In this document: piece by piece, positions 51,184 to 64,000 of the stretch
How the letters are laid out: the number at the start of each line of letters is the position of its first letter
Position numbering within the stretch: position 1 is the first letter of the stretch
Assembly: GCA_002189035.1 (NCBI GenBank)
Contig: CM007989.1
Span: 3,782,001 to 3,846,000 of the forward strand
From: Utricularia gibba
Lineage: Eukaryota; Plantae; Magnoliophyta
Direction: 5' to 3'
Length of the DNA: 64,000 bases
The notes under the pieces: model-generated
Database searches by the model: none
What the model was told of the DNA's origin: nothing
What the model saw: only the letters and a program-made list of their open reading frames with translations
Position numbers and translations under genes: made by a program

Positions 51184-54100
51184 TCATCTACGGTGTAAAG
51201 GATTATGCTGGTGGGCTTTGCTCTCATTCTGAATTCTATCTGCGTACATTGGCAGTTGGATGATCTCATTGATCTCGTCTAACAATACATCCTCGGTGAT
51301 GTTGTCCTTGATGCTCTTCATGACCTTTTGGAAAACAACTCCAGTGAAGGTCTATCTTTTTGTACGTAACCATTACAAGAGCGATTGTATATCGATCATA
51401 CCTTCCTGTAGGTGTTGAATTCATTCGGTGAACCTTTATCTGTTCGTACCCTCATACAAACCCATACTTCTTCCTCGGAATTCCAAGAGCACTCGATAAT
51501 TTTACCCGAGTAGGTAGAAGCTTCATCGCCATCTGTACAGCTAATAAAAATGGTTGTTAGATAGAAAGAAATCATCACAATACGCAAGCCAGTGGAGCAC
51601 TGCGTGAGATGTGACACACGGAAGGTTCTACATCAATCATGTTTACTGGAGACTATGCCGGCTGAAAGAAAAATGGCCCATAAAATCTACAAACATAACA
51701 ATAAGAGAAGGAAAGACCTTCACGTTCATTAGTAGTAGAAAGTTGACCTGGAAAAACAACTCTATTGTTATATTCTTCCATCACCTTCTTCTTCCCACCC
51801 CAAAGGAGGGAAAGTGACTGGCGATTCTCATTTACCTGTTCGTGGGGAAAAAAAGGCCTCACTGTACACTGTAGTATGGTTTACAAAGTCATTCAACACA
51901 TAAATGAAGAGATAAATCCCATTGATTAACATACCTCGAAAAGAAAATCTACTGAATTCATTTCGGGGTATTTCCACTTCAAGAGGCCCTCGTGTGTTCT
52001 TGGGACATAAGGATCATCCCAACCCTGCCACATAGAGGCATACACAACCAGAATCTCAGATTGCAATAGTCGCAACCTAGTCAACAAATACTAAAGGGAA
52101 AAATAAATCTAAAAACAAGTCAACTTGGGCCAGTGATGCCATGTTGCATTGGCAATAAAATAAATGAAGATAAGATGATACTAAGAATTCGGTTTTCCCT
52201 AAACAAGCACCTGGAAAATAAGGCCGTCAGCATCATGTGACAGCTTTGGAATGAAGCCTTTTAGCAGTTTTGTTACTGTTGATAGCAACCAAAAGTCTTT
52301 TCTTCTCACCTATATATGAGATACCACTAAAAACTGAGTGCTGGTGAAGAAAGGCAAACACAAAAACAAAAAAGGGAAAACGAGCCACTGGATCTTAATC
52401 TCTAACCCTGAAAGGTTCCAACTCATATCTATAGTACGGATTTTGGCTATGATGTATATGCTGCCTTTCAAAGTTCCTTGGTTCAATGATTTCCCTCTCA
52501 AGCATTTTCCAACGTTCATAGAAGGGTCGCTGAATGAAAACAAATAAATTCAGATAATAACAATTACAAGTTATGCAGCAAAACACAGACATGCCATCAT
52601 GAAGAAATCAACAATCATTGCCAGCAAGAGTTGGATAAATCATTAGCAACGTTCTATGTATAATGAAAATATGTTTTGAATAAAGTTTCTTTGTGAAATG
52701 TCAAGAAAAAAAATTGCATTTAAAACCTGAATTCAGTTTCATAAAGTAACAACGTCATCAAGGAAAAAAACAAGAACCTCTGAACGTGCACTAAAAAAAA
52801 CAATGGCAGCACAGCATAATATTTTGTGGATTAAAAAATTGTAACAGCAGATTGCTAGGGTTTTTTCATAATGAAAATTCAGTAACATAAACCCAAAAGT
52901 ATTGGCTATGAACGAAAAACATTAAAAAAAGCATCAAATAAGCAAGAGCTCAAAGATCAAGATTTCGAGAGCTACCTCAACAATGGGTACCTGATTAATG
53001 ACCATCATGTCATAAATCAGGTACCTTCGTTCTTGCTTTTGTGAATTGGGCAGCTTATCAATGATCATCTCCCCATCAAGCAATGTAAAGTGATGATACA
53101 TTCTATCGGACATTCCCTTCTAAAGACAAGCCTCAAGGATGTAAATTTAAAAAGCAGTAATAAGGCTATACGAGGATGCAAATAAAGATGTCTAACAAGG
53201 GCACATACTTCGTTGTCCTGCCTGCATGGAAAACGCATTTGGACCCTCCGAAAATTGAATTGCCTATCTATCAAATAGCATCCATCTAAAGTGATGAGCA
53301 TCATATATCTCGTTCCATCGGCTTTCCATGTTGCATAGTAATACCGCTGCCTTAATAGTTGTAAATTGTCCCTACACGGACAAAGATATTAAAGAAGCAA
53401 CAAGGATGCAACCTTCACAAAATATCTAAGTTTTTCACAGCAGCTGCTGATCTAAAGCGATCCTCTAATCTAACAGTGCTTGAACAAAGTCGTAGCATCC
53501 TAAAAAAAGGAAAAATAGGGTTCTTTTTTCCAATCAAAATCACATACACAAATTCAAATTTCAAATGACAGGAGAATCAAGCATACCTGCTAAGGGAAAC
53601 TGGATGAGATCCAGGGAACTGGTATCCCTTGTTCTGTACGATTGATAAAAAAAAAGATGTCACTATCAAGCAACAATCTTTTATATTTAAGAGACTAATC
53701 ACCCAATCACATAGAATTTTGAGACAACAAATAAATGAGTATATTAAATGGTTTAAGAAAGTTTGATCATATAAAAACTAACAAACAAAGAAAAGGACCA
53801 ACCCCTAGAGGCAACTTCAGAGATTGATAGCAGAAATGCTGCATCGCCAGTTGCTGCTCACTTGGTGTTGGATCCCCCAAGACATCATCATTTGTCATGA
53901 GCATCTGCGAATCATGTGTTTCCTGGAGGAAAAAAAAATCAGAAATGGAGGGGGGAAGGGAAAAAAATTCCTTGTAGTAGAACCAAACAAAAGAACACCA
54001 ACATTTAGTGGAGCTGTAGATACTCCATCCTCATCATCATCATCATCATCATCTGGAATTGCATCACCATTCAGATCAAGTACAGACGATCTTTTCCATT

Positions 54101-56155
54101 CCGGGGTAAGAGGGCAAACAAACGTATCTGGCTTCTTTTCATGATAAAAATTGTATAACTCATCAACATACTCAGGCTTATAAATCCCTGGTGGGCGTGC
54201 ATCAGAAAATATTTTTATAGCCTGTGGAGGAAGAGAAAATATTAGGCCTACCATGAGTGACATTAAATGATAGAAAGGAAACTAACCTGAGTGACAGAAA
54301 TGGGCATTGTACGCATGAGATAATGAACGATCATATAACCAGTACGATTGTGGCCATGGGTGCAATGAACAAGAACATACTTCTTAGGCTGCTTATGGCG
54401 AGAAAGAAATTGAGAGACCTGGTTCAAATAAGAACTTCAGGTTCCATATCCAGGATGAGGAAGTTTTGACAATAAAGCATTGAAAATAACAAAATTTTAT
54501 TTGCACTGATGTCAGCATGCAATACGGTGTTCAACTTCTCATTTCATTTAATTTGTGCAAATTTCCAACGACAAAAGGCTGAGAGCAACGACCAACCACT
54601 ACCCCAAAATATTCATTTCCATTTGTCGAAGTGAAGGTGGAAAGGATTATCATAGAACCAACGTGACATATCATAAACTAAGTTCTCTGCTGACATGCAT
54701 AATGATTTCCATACATTAATGGCACAGAATGTTTTTCATACCTCAAAGCAAAATGCATTCACATCACGATTTTCAGGGACTGCATCACGGCCCTGGCATG
54801 GAATCTGTAACAAGTATAGCCAGTGAACAAAATACCATGAAGGAAAGAGAAATGATGCATAGTGGGAAGTTAGAGGTTAGAAATAGATTACCTTAATATA
54901 CTTAATACCTTCTTTCTTCCAGTCATTTGGAGAATAGTATCGATTTGAATTTGTAAGATCAATCACCAAACCAAGCTGAAAATGTTCAGCAGATTTCAAG
55001 TCACCCCATAGGGTATTGTAAAGGACAAGGCAACTGTGTGGCAAAACAAAAGCACAAAGTAGTAACACGTCCCAGCATACCCAATGTAATAACTAAGGCA
55101 CTAAAAAGAGTCTACCTACATCCACTCTATATTCTATCTGTAATATTCGATCAACTATGTAATAACTACAAAAAATATGAGCAAATATTTGGCTTCAGAT
55201 ATGTACTGTGAATGCTCTCTTCGATAACAGAATTTACATAGGCACCGGTTCCACTCACCTTTCGACCTGAAAATCTTTTTTGATTGAGAACTTGTCTGGA
55301 AGAGTATCTTCGGCCAGGAGGGATATCAGAATTAAAAGATTCTCCCAAAGGAACCTTTGAAGGAATCAAAGATCCTATTTCCTGTCCACATGGAGGGCAG
55401 TCTAGCCAACCTGGAAATACAGAAGTGGTAACAAATCCATAAAAGAAAAAATAAGGCTAAGAAAAATTGATGACACCAAAAGAAACCATAAAAAATAAAA
55501 TAGAATTTAAGCCCCATCAGACAATATGGGGTTTGAAGGAGAACAACAGTTGAGAAGAACAGCAGATGAGGCATATTAAACAATGTACATCTGATGGCCA
55601 ATCAAACACATATTAGCAACTTGACATAGAGTTTGATGTACCTGGAGGGAGTCTACTATTAAGTTTCTGTCTTTTTCCTTGAAACTCACTACGCTGTTGA
55701 TTAAGATAAGACCCAGAAGATTTCCTTTCATCAGAGCGCTGCCTTTTCATTCTTTGCATCCTTTCCTCACGTTCCTTTCACAAAAAGGAAAAACAGAAAA
55801 GTATTGATTAAAAAGAGAACACAAGCGAGAAAACAAAACAAAATGAATTGTTGGTGACAGAGGATGATAAGGAAAATAATGAAGATCAGCATATCAAATA
55901 CATATTTTACATACAGAAAAGTTAATAAAAATGATATTCCTTCAAATACAAAACTAACTGGAATGCAAGTGTATAATGTGAAGTAACACTAAAAGGTGAT
56001 ACCCTGCGTGAAATCTGAACTGCAGATTCCATGTGCTCCACATGTTCACTGTATGTTAGTGGCTCTTCTTGTAAATTATCTCCATCAGACAGCGTTTCAT
56101 GCAGTAATACTTCATCATCCTCTGGTTCGGGAGAAGCGTTCAAATCCATGCTCAT
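51184..56155 (-). CDS. mRNA capping enzyme (RNA 5'-triphosphatase plus guanylyltransferase), multi-exon
   Basis: MSMDLNASPEPEDD, FDRIIPSKVPLGE, GLVIDLTNSNRYY, ILVHCTHGHNRTGYMI (cysteine triphosphatase motif), ARPPGIYK, FPGSHPVSL, YYATWKADGTRYMML (KxDG), IIECSW...RTDKGSPNEFNTYRKV and VMKSIKDNIT...LPMYADRI. Confidence 0.96.
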
Positions 56156-57851
56156 AATCCAAATCCTCTGAAAAACATTCCCTCAATGCTCCACCTAGTA
56201 TCATGATGTGGGTTGATAGCCAATGACGTAAAATTCAAGAGCATGCTTTAGTAACCACGTTAATGCGTACAACTCTTCCAAAAAAAATTCAATAGAGGAC
56301 AAAACTGCATGCGACAGTGGTACACTAATAATTAAAAGGTTGAAAGCCTTCAAGGTCTTAGAATTCAGTGCACTAAAAGAAAATTTTTGGGAAAAACACC
56401 GCATGACACCAGCATGATTCTATTGTTTCCTCTTTTATGTTATGCCGCATTAGTTATTGGATGGAAATAGCCCCCAACTGTAACTAAAAGAGGTCGTTCA
56501 ACAAGCGAATGATCTCATAAAGGAATATGGCAATCCTAGTGGTCAGGGCCTGCCAAATTCTAGAAAAAATACAAGCCTTTGACACAAATTAGACAAAAGG
56601 ACGAATTATGAAAAAGTACATGAAGTATAAGAACTTAAATAACGATGGAACTTTGAAAAAAAAAAAAAAGATGCTGCCCTCAAGAACCGAGAGTGACGCA
56701 GTTATAGGGGCTCAAATCAATTCAAAAGATAGCACAATATACAATAACATTCATCAACTAATCATCCGGTTTAAAGAAAGATGAAAATGCAATCAACATT
56801 TGCAGCGATAAGAAACTAATAGAGACATCACAACCTTCAAAATACACTTTCTTGAAGCTAATTTTAAACCCCGGAATAAGCAGGAATAGGATAGAACAAA
56901 CCTCACCGCTAACCGCATCCTTGCCCTGCCATTACTATTCCTCAACGAATAACCGGGTCAGAGAACCCCACAATCTCCCATGATGTGGGGAAACACGCCG
57001 AAGAGTTTCAACAGAAATCTAAAAATCACAGATTCACTCAGTTCCCTACGGAGCAAAGCAATCGAAAGTAGACCCCGCGATTCAAAAGCAGCAGCGACAA
57101 CAATCAAAACCAAAACATGGAGGGGGCGAATGCGAAAAAAAAGGCAAAAGAAAAAGGATTAGGTCTCGGAGACTGAAAGCATGCTCGCGTCGTTAGGGAC
57201 GGCTAAGTCTCGCCATTGCCTGGAAGTAGGTTTCGGCGAGCTTTGAACTCCCGATTCCAGAAGATGGATTGTAAGAATTTCCCCTGTGCTGTCAACGGAT
57301 ACAAAATCAGCAATTACTGCAGCTTGTTACACTGCAGTAAGAACCCAAATTCCTAATTTTAGTTCAAATGTTCCTAATTTTATCTTTTACAATTATTTTC
57401 GTATAATTTAATTCATAATATAATTGAATTATTTACATTTAATTAAAAATAAAAAAAACACTTCACATATAAACATTTTACAATGTTTACCTAAAATAAT
57501 ATTATAATTGAATGAGATCATTTTAAAATAAATAAACAACTTAAAATAAAAAATTAAAAAATCCAAATAATATTTCAACATTATGCAATATTATTAAATT
57601 TATCAAATCTCTATTTTAATGATTAAATAAGACATCAATTAGAACAATTATGTTATTTATTTTTATCTATTCTAAAAAATATATTTATAATATAATTGTT
57701 ATTAAACTTATCAATTTTATTTTATTAAACTTTATGATATTTTTATATGATCATATAAAATAGTTTTACAATATCAAAATAGATTTTATTTACATAATAT
57801 GAAAACTGATTTTATTCTACATAATTTTAAATATAGTTTAAAATTACTAAG

Positions 57852-58428
57852 TGATACGACCCTCCAATCAACAAATCAATAATTGATTGTCAAACTAGAT
57901 CTTAGTTGAAAGGAAGCAATCCCTCAAGAAAAAGAAGTTGGCCCTCAATGATTGAAAGATTCTTGCAAATCAAACTATGAAATAGTACCACACTCACAGA
58001 ATCAAGGAAGTAATTGAGAGTGATAAACCACACACTAGACACCACAAACAAGACTTGATAAATCTAAGTTCTACAAGAACTCATGGAAGTAGAATTGATC
58101 TCAAAAGTGATTACAATCAAAGTTGTCCAAAACAAGAGTAAGACCTTCTTATATAGATGAAAGATTGAGCTTTATTGGAGAAAAAATAGTAATAATAATG
58201 TATTTGGTAGTAATGGAACTTCTCTAATCAAGTTGATCCACTTTGAGAATGTTGAATTCCATGCCAAACACCTCATAACTTGGTTGATTGGCTCATAAGC
58301 TCTTAAGCACTTCTTGATACCTTCTTGCTCTTGATCTAATGATTGGCCCAACTGAAATCAATGGAGAATTATTGATCTTGTGTCTTTTATTTTCATTGGG
58401 ATAATCTGTACCATTCATGATCTCATCA
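57852..58428 (-). repeat. 3' LTR of the CRM element (~577 bp)
   Basis: On the minus strand it begins TGATGAG directly after the polypurine tract and ends ...CGTATCA at 57852, giving TGAT...ATCA termini as known for CRM LTRs. It encodes VGPIIRSRARRYQEVL near 58300-58352. Confidence 0.75.
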
Positions 58429-58440
58429 CCCCCCTTCTTT
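58429..58440 (-). other. Polypurine tract of the CRM element
   Basis: AAAGAAGGGGGG on the minus strand immediately precedes the TGATG LTR start. Confidence 0.75.
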
Positions 58441-58778
58441 TAGCAGATTCATCCTTGAATTATCAACATCTACTCACAAGGAACCAAGTCAGCAATATTG
58501 AACGTGGAGTGCATCGAAAACTCATCTGGAAGATCAATCTTATAAGCATTATCATTGATTTTCTCAATGACTTGAAAGGATCCATCTCCTTTGGGTGAAA
58601 GCTTTGAATGTCTTTTGCTTGGAAATCTTTACTTTCGAAAATGTACCCAAACCCAATCTCCTGGTTGTAGAGTAACTTTCTTCTTATGTTTATTTGTTTT
58701 AGCTGCATACTCCTTATTTTTTGTTTCTGTTAAGTGTCATTTTCTTACTATTTCTTATGTTGTTTTTATGTCTAATTG

Positions 58779-60075
58779 TGATTAGAAGTGTCTAATTAGG
58801 GGTCTATAATATGAGATTTAGGTTTTTATCTAGTTTAGGGTAATTATCCTAAATCTTCTATTTTATGTAATAATTTTACTAATTTTAATTGAGTTTTTCT
58901 AGAGTTGCACACGTGGCAGGAAGTGAGAAAAAGAGGGTATCAGATGGCGACAAATTGGATCTTCCCGAGCTGACATTCCCTTGATTTTCGGAAGACTGCA
59001 GATGCTTAATCATGAGCCTTGACGTGCGGAACACGGGAGTCTCTAATAGGCGACATCATTAGCGTACCAGTGTCAGACGTTGCTTGCAAGTCATCCCAAG
59101 TTCAGTAGAATCACAAGGACACGAAATCTCAGACCCTCATTGAAGTGGGAGTTCTGTTCAGACGAAAGAGGAGTAGTTAGTTTAGTTTTTCCCTTTTGTT
59201 TCTCTCTCTAGAGGAATTTTCCTCTAGCTTCTCTCTAGAACCTTGTTTCGTTTTCTTTAGTTTGTATGGCCGTTCGCGACTAGAAACTTCCGTTTTTGGG
59301 TTGGAACACCACCAGATCTATGTTTCATTAGCTTATCTTCACATTTTCTTTGAATCCGAACGGGTTTCGTATGTCTTCGCGCGACTATGTTGCAGTTTTT
59401 CTGTAACAATCCCCTTATTCAAGGTTCATGGTTAGCTGATCACTACCCGCGGATTTTGGAGAGGAGCAAGGTGGAAAGCACCAACTCGAGCCCTTTTGGC
59501 AGGAGGAAGACAATGTTTGGTCTGTGGCCGTACCTCAGGATCAATGGACAGGTAGTGACCTCGTATCTGGACTCATTGGGTCATTGGCCACACTCGGGCA
59601 CACGCGCGCAATTCGGTTGTGAGGGTACGCTGACAGGACCTCTTATTCTCACGTTCGTCTAAGGAGGAGCAACATCGGGCTATTCCCGTGCCTTCTTGCA
59701 AGAGAGTGTAAGAGAGTGTAGACAATTCCTTACTCCTATAACCAAGTACTCGAGAGGACCAGAGAAGAGTGAAGACGCAATGAACATAGCTGGACAAGAT
59801 TCCAAACCCAGCAAACATTTACTTTATTTAAGGTTCATCACTTACGTTCATTTTAGTTGTTTGCTCAAAACCCCTCTCATTCCCTTACTTAAGCTTCATC
59901 ATCAACGTTTCTCGCACCTTTTACCTTCAAAGCCGTTTACAAATTGTGACAGTTGTATTCGGGGTGCCTCACCTTTCACTAAAAAACAACTCCCTGTGTT
60001 TGACACCCGTACTACGCTTTTGTGTTTTACGAGTTTTAAAAGTATTAAAATTTGTTGTGGAAACGACATGCATCA
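58779..60075. mobile_element. ~1.3-kb non-integrase insert within the CRM integrase, possibly a solo LTR of another element
   Basis: Integrase homology stops near 60110-60135 and resumes near 58770. The intervening sequence has candidate ends TGAT (58779) and ATCA (60075) and LTR-like composition. No matching TSD found. Confidence 0.45.
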
Positions 60076-60134
60076 GCTTCCAGTTGATTTCGAACCTTCT
60101 CATGTAGTTTATAGGAGCACGAGGATTAAAACTA

Positions 60135-63100
60135 CGAAATTCATAAGATGGTGAGGGCAACAAATTTATAGGAACACGAGGATTAAAACCATACACAATT
60201 TCAAAAGGAGAACAACGTGTAGAAGAGTGTACTGCTCTATTGTATGCAAATTCAACATGAGGTAGGCAATCTTCCCATGTTCTAATGTTCTTTTTTATGA
60301 TTGCACGAAGTATGGTAGCTAGAGTTCGATTTGTTACCTCGGTTTGTCCATCAATTTGAGGATGAAAAGTGGTAGAGAAAAGAAGCTTTGTTCCCAACTT
60401 ACTCCAAAGTGTGCGCCAAAAGCGGTTGATAAACTTTGTGTCACAATCACTTACAATGATTGTAAGTGGCATACCATGTAGTCTAACAATTTCCCTAAAA
60501 AATAAATCTGCAATATGAGAAGCATCATTAGTCTTGTGATAAGGAATGAAATGTACCATCTTGGAGAACCTGTCCACGACTACAAATATTGAATCCTTTC
60601 CGTTTTGTATCCTTGGTAATCTTAAAACAAAATTCATAGAAAGGTCAATCCAAGGATAAAGAGGAGTAGGAAGAGGAGTGTACAATCCTTGAGAAATTGA
60701 TTTTGATTTGGCTTTATTGCACACCAAACATTTTCCATAGATTCTTTCCACATCTTTTCTCATGTGTGGCCAATAGAAGTGTTGTTGAAGCATGTCCAAT
60801 GTTTTGGTGACCCCAAAATGCCCCATTAGACCACCACCATGAGCCTCTTTCACTAAAAACTCACGAATTGAACATTGAGGAAAATGCATAATCTGTTATT
60901 TTTGAAAAAGAAATCATCTTGCCTATAGAAGTTTTCAAGAGGTTTATGTTCACATGAAAGATAAATATCTTTAAGATCATGATCAAGACTGTAAAATTCT
61001 TTTATCGTTGATAATCCAAGAATTTGAGCATCAAAAGTAGCTAAAAGTGTGTACCTTCATGACAATGCATCTGCAACAATGTTCTCCTTACCTTTCTTGT
61101 ATTTTATAACATAAGGAAAAGTATCAATGAACTCCACCCATTTTGCATGTCTTCTATTGAGATTTTTTTTACTCTTGACATACTTCAAACTTTCGTGGTC
61201 TATATGGATAACAAATCATTTGTACCAAAGATAATGTTTCCAAGTTTCAAGTGCTCTTACCAGTGAGTACAACTCCGTATCATAAGTTGGGTAATTGAGT
61301 GCAGCTCCACCCAACTTTTCACTGAAATAGGCAATAGGTCGACCTCCTTGCATGAGAACATCACCTATTCCAACTCCAAAAGCATCACATTCAATTTCAA
61401 ACGTATTAGAGAAATCAGGTAATCTAAGTAAAGGAGCTGAGCTAAGCTTATCCTTAAGTGTCTTGAAAGCATATTCTTGTGATTCTCCCCACCAAAATTG
61501 CACATTTTTCTTCACAACCTCATTCAAAGGTATTGCAATTGTGCTGAAATCCTTAACAAAACGACGGTAGAAGCTAGCCAATCCATGGAAACTATGCACT
61601 TCTCCAACTGTGGTAGGAGTTGGCCATTCCCTAATTGCTTTCACCTTTTCTTCATCTACTAGAATATCAGCATCACTTACAATATAGCCAAGAAAAGAGA
61701 TTTTGTTTGTGCAAAAGTCGCACTTTTTGATATTAGCATACAAACACTCTTTTCTCAAAACAACCAACACCTAACGTAAATGACATGTATGTTCATCCAG
61801 TGTCTTACTATACACAAGAATATCATCAAAGTAAACAACAACAAATCTACCAAGAAAGGGACGCAATACATCATTCATCAATCTCATGAAAGTATTAGGT
61901 GCATTAGTCAATCCAAAAGTCATAACTAACCATTCATATAAACCAAACTTAGTTTTGAAAGCAGCTTTCCATTCATCCCCCTTTCTCATCCTAATTTGAT
62001 GATATCTACTACGCAAATCAATCTTAGAGAAAATGCATGATCCATGTAATTCATCTAACATATCATCAAGCCTAGGTATAGGATGACTGTACTTAACCGT
62101 TATTTGGTTGATGGCTCGACAATCAGTGCACATTCTCCATGTTCCATCATGTTTTGGCACCAATAATACTGGAACTGAGCATGGACTCACACTTTCCCTC
62201 ACCAACCCCTTAGTCATGAGAACTTCCACTTGGCATTGGATCTCTTTTGTTTCTTCGGGGATTAGCCCTATAAGCAGCTCGGTTTGGGATCTGAGCACCA
62301 GGAACAAAGTCAATTTGATGTTCTATTCCTCGGTATGGTGGTAATCCATACAATTCTTCAGGAAAAACATCATTGAATTCCTGCAAAACAAGTTTAATGC
62401 AAGTAGGAAGATTCTCTTGTGGGTTAAAGTTGTGTGACAAAGGCTCTTTAAACAAGAGCAAAAGAAAGTGATTTCTGCCATGTAACACTCTTTTCACATA
62501 ACTCATTCTTGCAACAAGGCACTCCATTTCTTTTTTTCTCACAACTCCTTCACTCACGTCTTTCTTTTTACTCTCTTTTTTAGATGTTCTTTTCCTTTCT
62601 CGTGATATCTCTTTTTTCTCTCCCAAGCTCTCATCCCTCAACTCACCAAAGGATTTAATAGCAGCAGCAATCTTAAGTTGATCCTCGTATGCCTCTTTTG
62701 GAGATAAAAGCACCAATGTGATAGGTTTTCCTTTCATAGAAAAGGAATACTTGTTAGTATAGTCATCATTGATCACCTTCCTATCGTATTGGCATGGCCT
62801 TCCCAAGAGTATGTGTCCAGCACGCATGGGTACTACATCACAAAGAACCTCATCCTGGTACTTTCCAATTTGGAAAGCAACAAGAACTTGTTTATTGACC
62901 TTTACTTCACTCCCTTCGTTCAACCATTGAAGTCTGTAGGGATTTGGATGTTTGAGAGTAGGAAGTTGGAGTTTATCCACCATGAAGGTACTAGCAACAT
63001 TTGTGCAACTACCTCCATCAATTATTAGGCTGCATACCTTCCCATGCACAAAGCAACGTGTATGGAATAAGTTTTCGCGTTGCTCCTCCATTGGCTTAGC

Positions 63101-64000
63101 ATGCATGGCTAAAGTCCTTCTTGTTACTAAACTTTCACCAATGACAGGTTGTTGTTCCCCATCATCTAATTCCTGTACTTCACTTTCACTTTCACACTCA
63201 ACTTCATATTAAACATCTCCAGAATCCCTTAGAATCATGGTTCTCTTGTTTGGGCATTCTGAAGCAATATGACCATGGTCAAGACATTTGAAACACTTGA
63301 TATTTCGTGTTTGTCCAGAAGACTTAAATCCTCTTTCCTGGTTTTGAGTCTCTGAAGTGCCCTCTTTCATCGGTCCAAACTTGGTTGATTTCCCAAATGA
63401 AGGATAATTTGGTTTCTTCTCCTTACTTCCAGCAACATTCCACGCAGTAGAAGATTTTGGATAGTCTCTTTTTTATCCCTTAGACTTTAGTTGCTTCTCA
63501 ATCTTGATGGCAACGTGCAACATGTCTTCAATCTCTACATAGTGTTGCAGCTCGACCACTTAAGAGATTTCCTTGTTTAAACCATAGATGAATCTCTACA
63601 TGGTTGATTTCCTCTGTTATATTGGCTCGAATCATTAACACTTCCATTTTTTGCCAATATTCTTCCACGGTTTTGCTCCTCTGGGTGAGCTTCTGCAAGT
63701 TTTGGTGTTGATCTCTTTGGTAGTGGTTGGGAATGAACCTTTTTCTCATGATCCTCTTCATTTCAGCCCAAGTGCGAATTGGTTCTTCATCATTTCGTCT
63801 TCTGTTGAGTACTACTTTATCCCACCAAATTATAGCATAATCGGTAAACTCAACAACAGCAAGCTTGATCTTCTTAGCTTCAGAATAGTTGTGGCAATCA
63901 AACACGTGCTCCACACGAGTCTCTCAATCCAAGTAGGCATTTGGATCGTTTTTCCCTTGAAAAGAAGAGATTTTCATCTTCATGTTATCAAATTCCTTGT
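60135..64000 (-). pseudogene. Disrupted gag-pol polyprotein of the CRM element
   Basis: Broken into at least five ORFs by frameshifts plus an in-frame stop at 61771-61773 ([14 protein letters not shown]). Several catalytic-region substitutions (CDAFG for CDASG, SMNFVL for SMDFVL). Confidence 0.9.

Larger units (their letters stand above)
57852..64000 (-). mobile_element. Defective Ty3/gypsy chromovirus, CRM (centromeric retrotransposon) clade; 5' part beyond the window end
   Basis: gag (KLAVVEFTDYAIIWWD), zinc knuckle CFKCLDHGHIASECP, protease LIIDGGSCTN, RT ([33 protein letters not shown]), RNase H, integrase ([24 protein letters not shown]), integrase tail PGDWVWVHFRK*RFP...KLSPKGDGSFQVIEKINDNAYKIDLP, PPT and 3' LTR. 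The domain order is gypsy-type. Confidence 0.93.

Noticed and set aside
57360-57850. Very AT-rich tracts (also 43880-44330 and 47100-47660) as distinct elements
   Set aside because: No termini, TSDs or periodicity that I could support; treated as ordinary intergenic or decayed TE DNA.
58936-58944. GGTATCAGA as a tRNA-Met primer-binding site
   Set aside because: Only a partial match to TGGTATCAGAGC and not positioned directly after an LTR end.

Overview
Gene-dense angiosperm nuclear DNA with intron-rich genes; the species cannot be identified from sequence alone. Left to right: 3' ~15 kb of ATM kinase (+), a degenerate DUF1645-like gene (+), DXR (-), EXECUTER2 (-), a BURP-domain polygalacturonase beta-subunit-like gene (+), a clade II SWEET transporter (+), a BAH/TFIIS-N SUO-like gene (-), a PLS-E PPR gene whose 3' end is tandemly triplicated (-), TORTIFOLIA1-like (-), a BPE/bHLH79-like bHLH (-), a class B DnaJ (+), SQD2 (+), the mRNA capping enzyme (-), and the 3' ~6 kb of a defective CRM-type Ty3/gypsy retrotransposon (-) with a ~1.3 kb insert splitting its integrase. 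Four single-base frameshifts in otherwise well-conserved genes (BURP twice, SUO-like, PPR) look like long-read indel errors rather than real pseudogenisation. No rRNA, tRNA, snRNA or CRISPR array was recognised. I did not find a clearly new biological system. The best leads are a possible intron-controlled switch for SQD2 plastid targeting, the PPR 3'-end triplication next to the SUO-like promoter, and the nested CRM structure. All family assignments come from motifs recognised by eye; no database searches were run. Exon coordinates were read by hand and may be off by a few bases.
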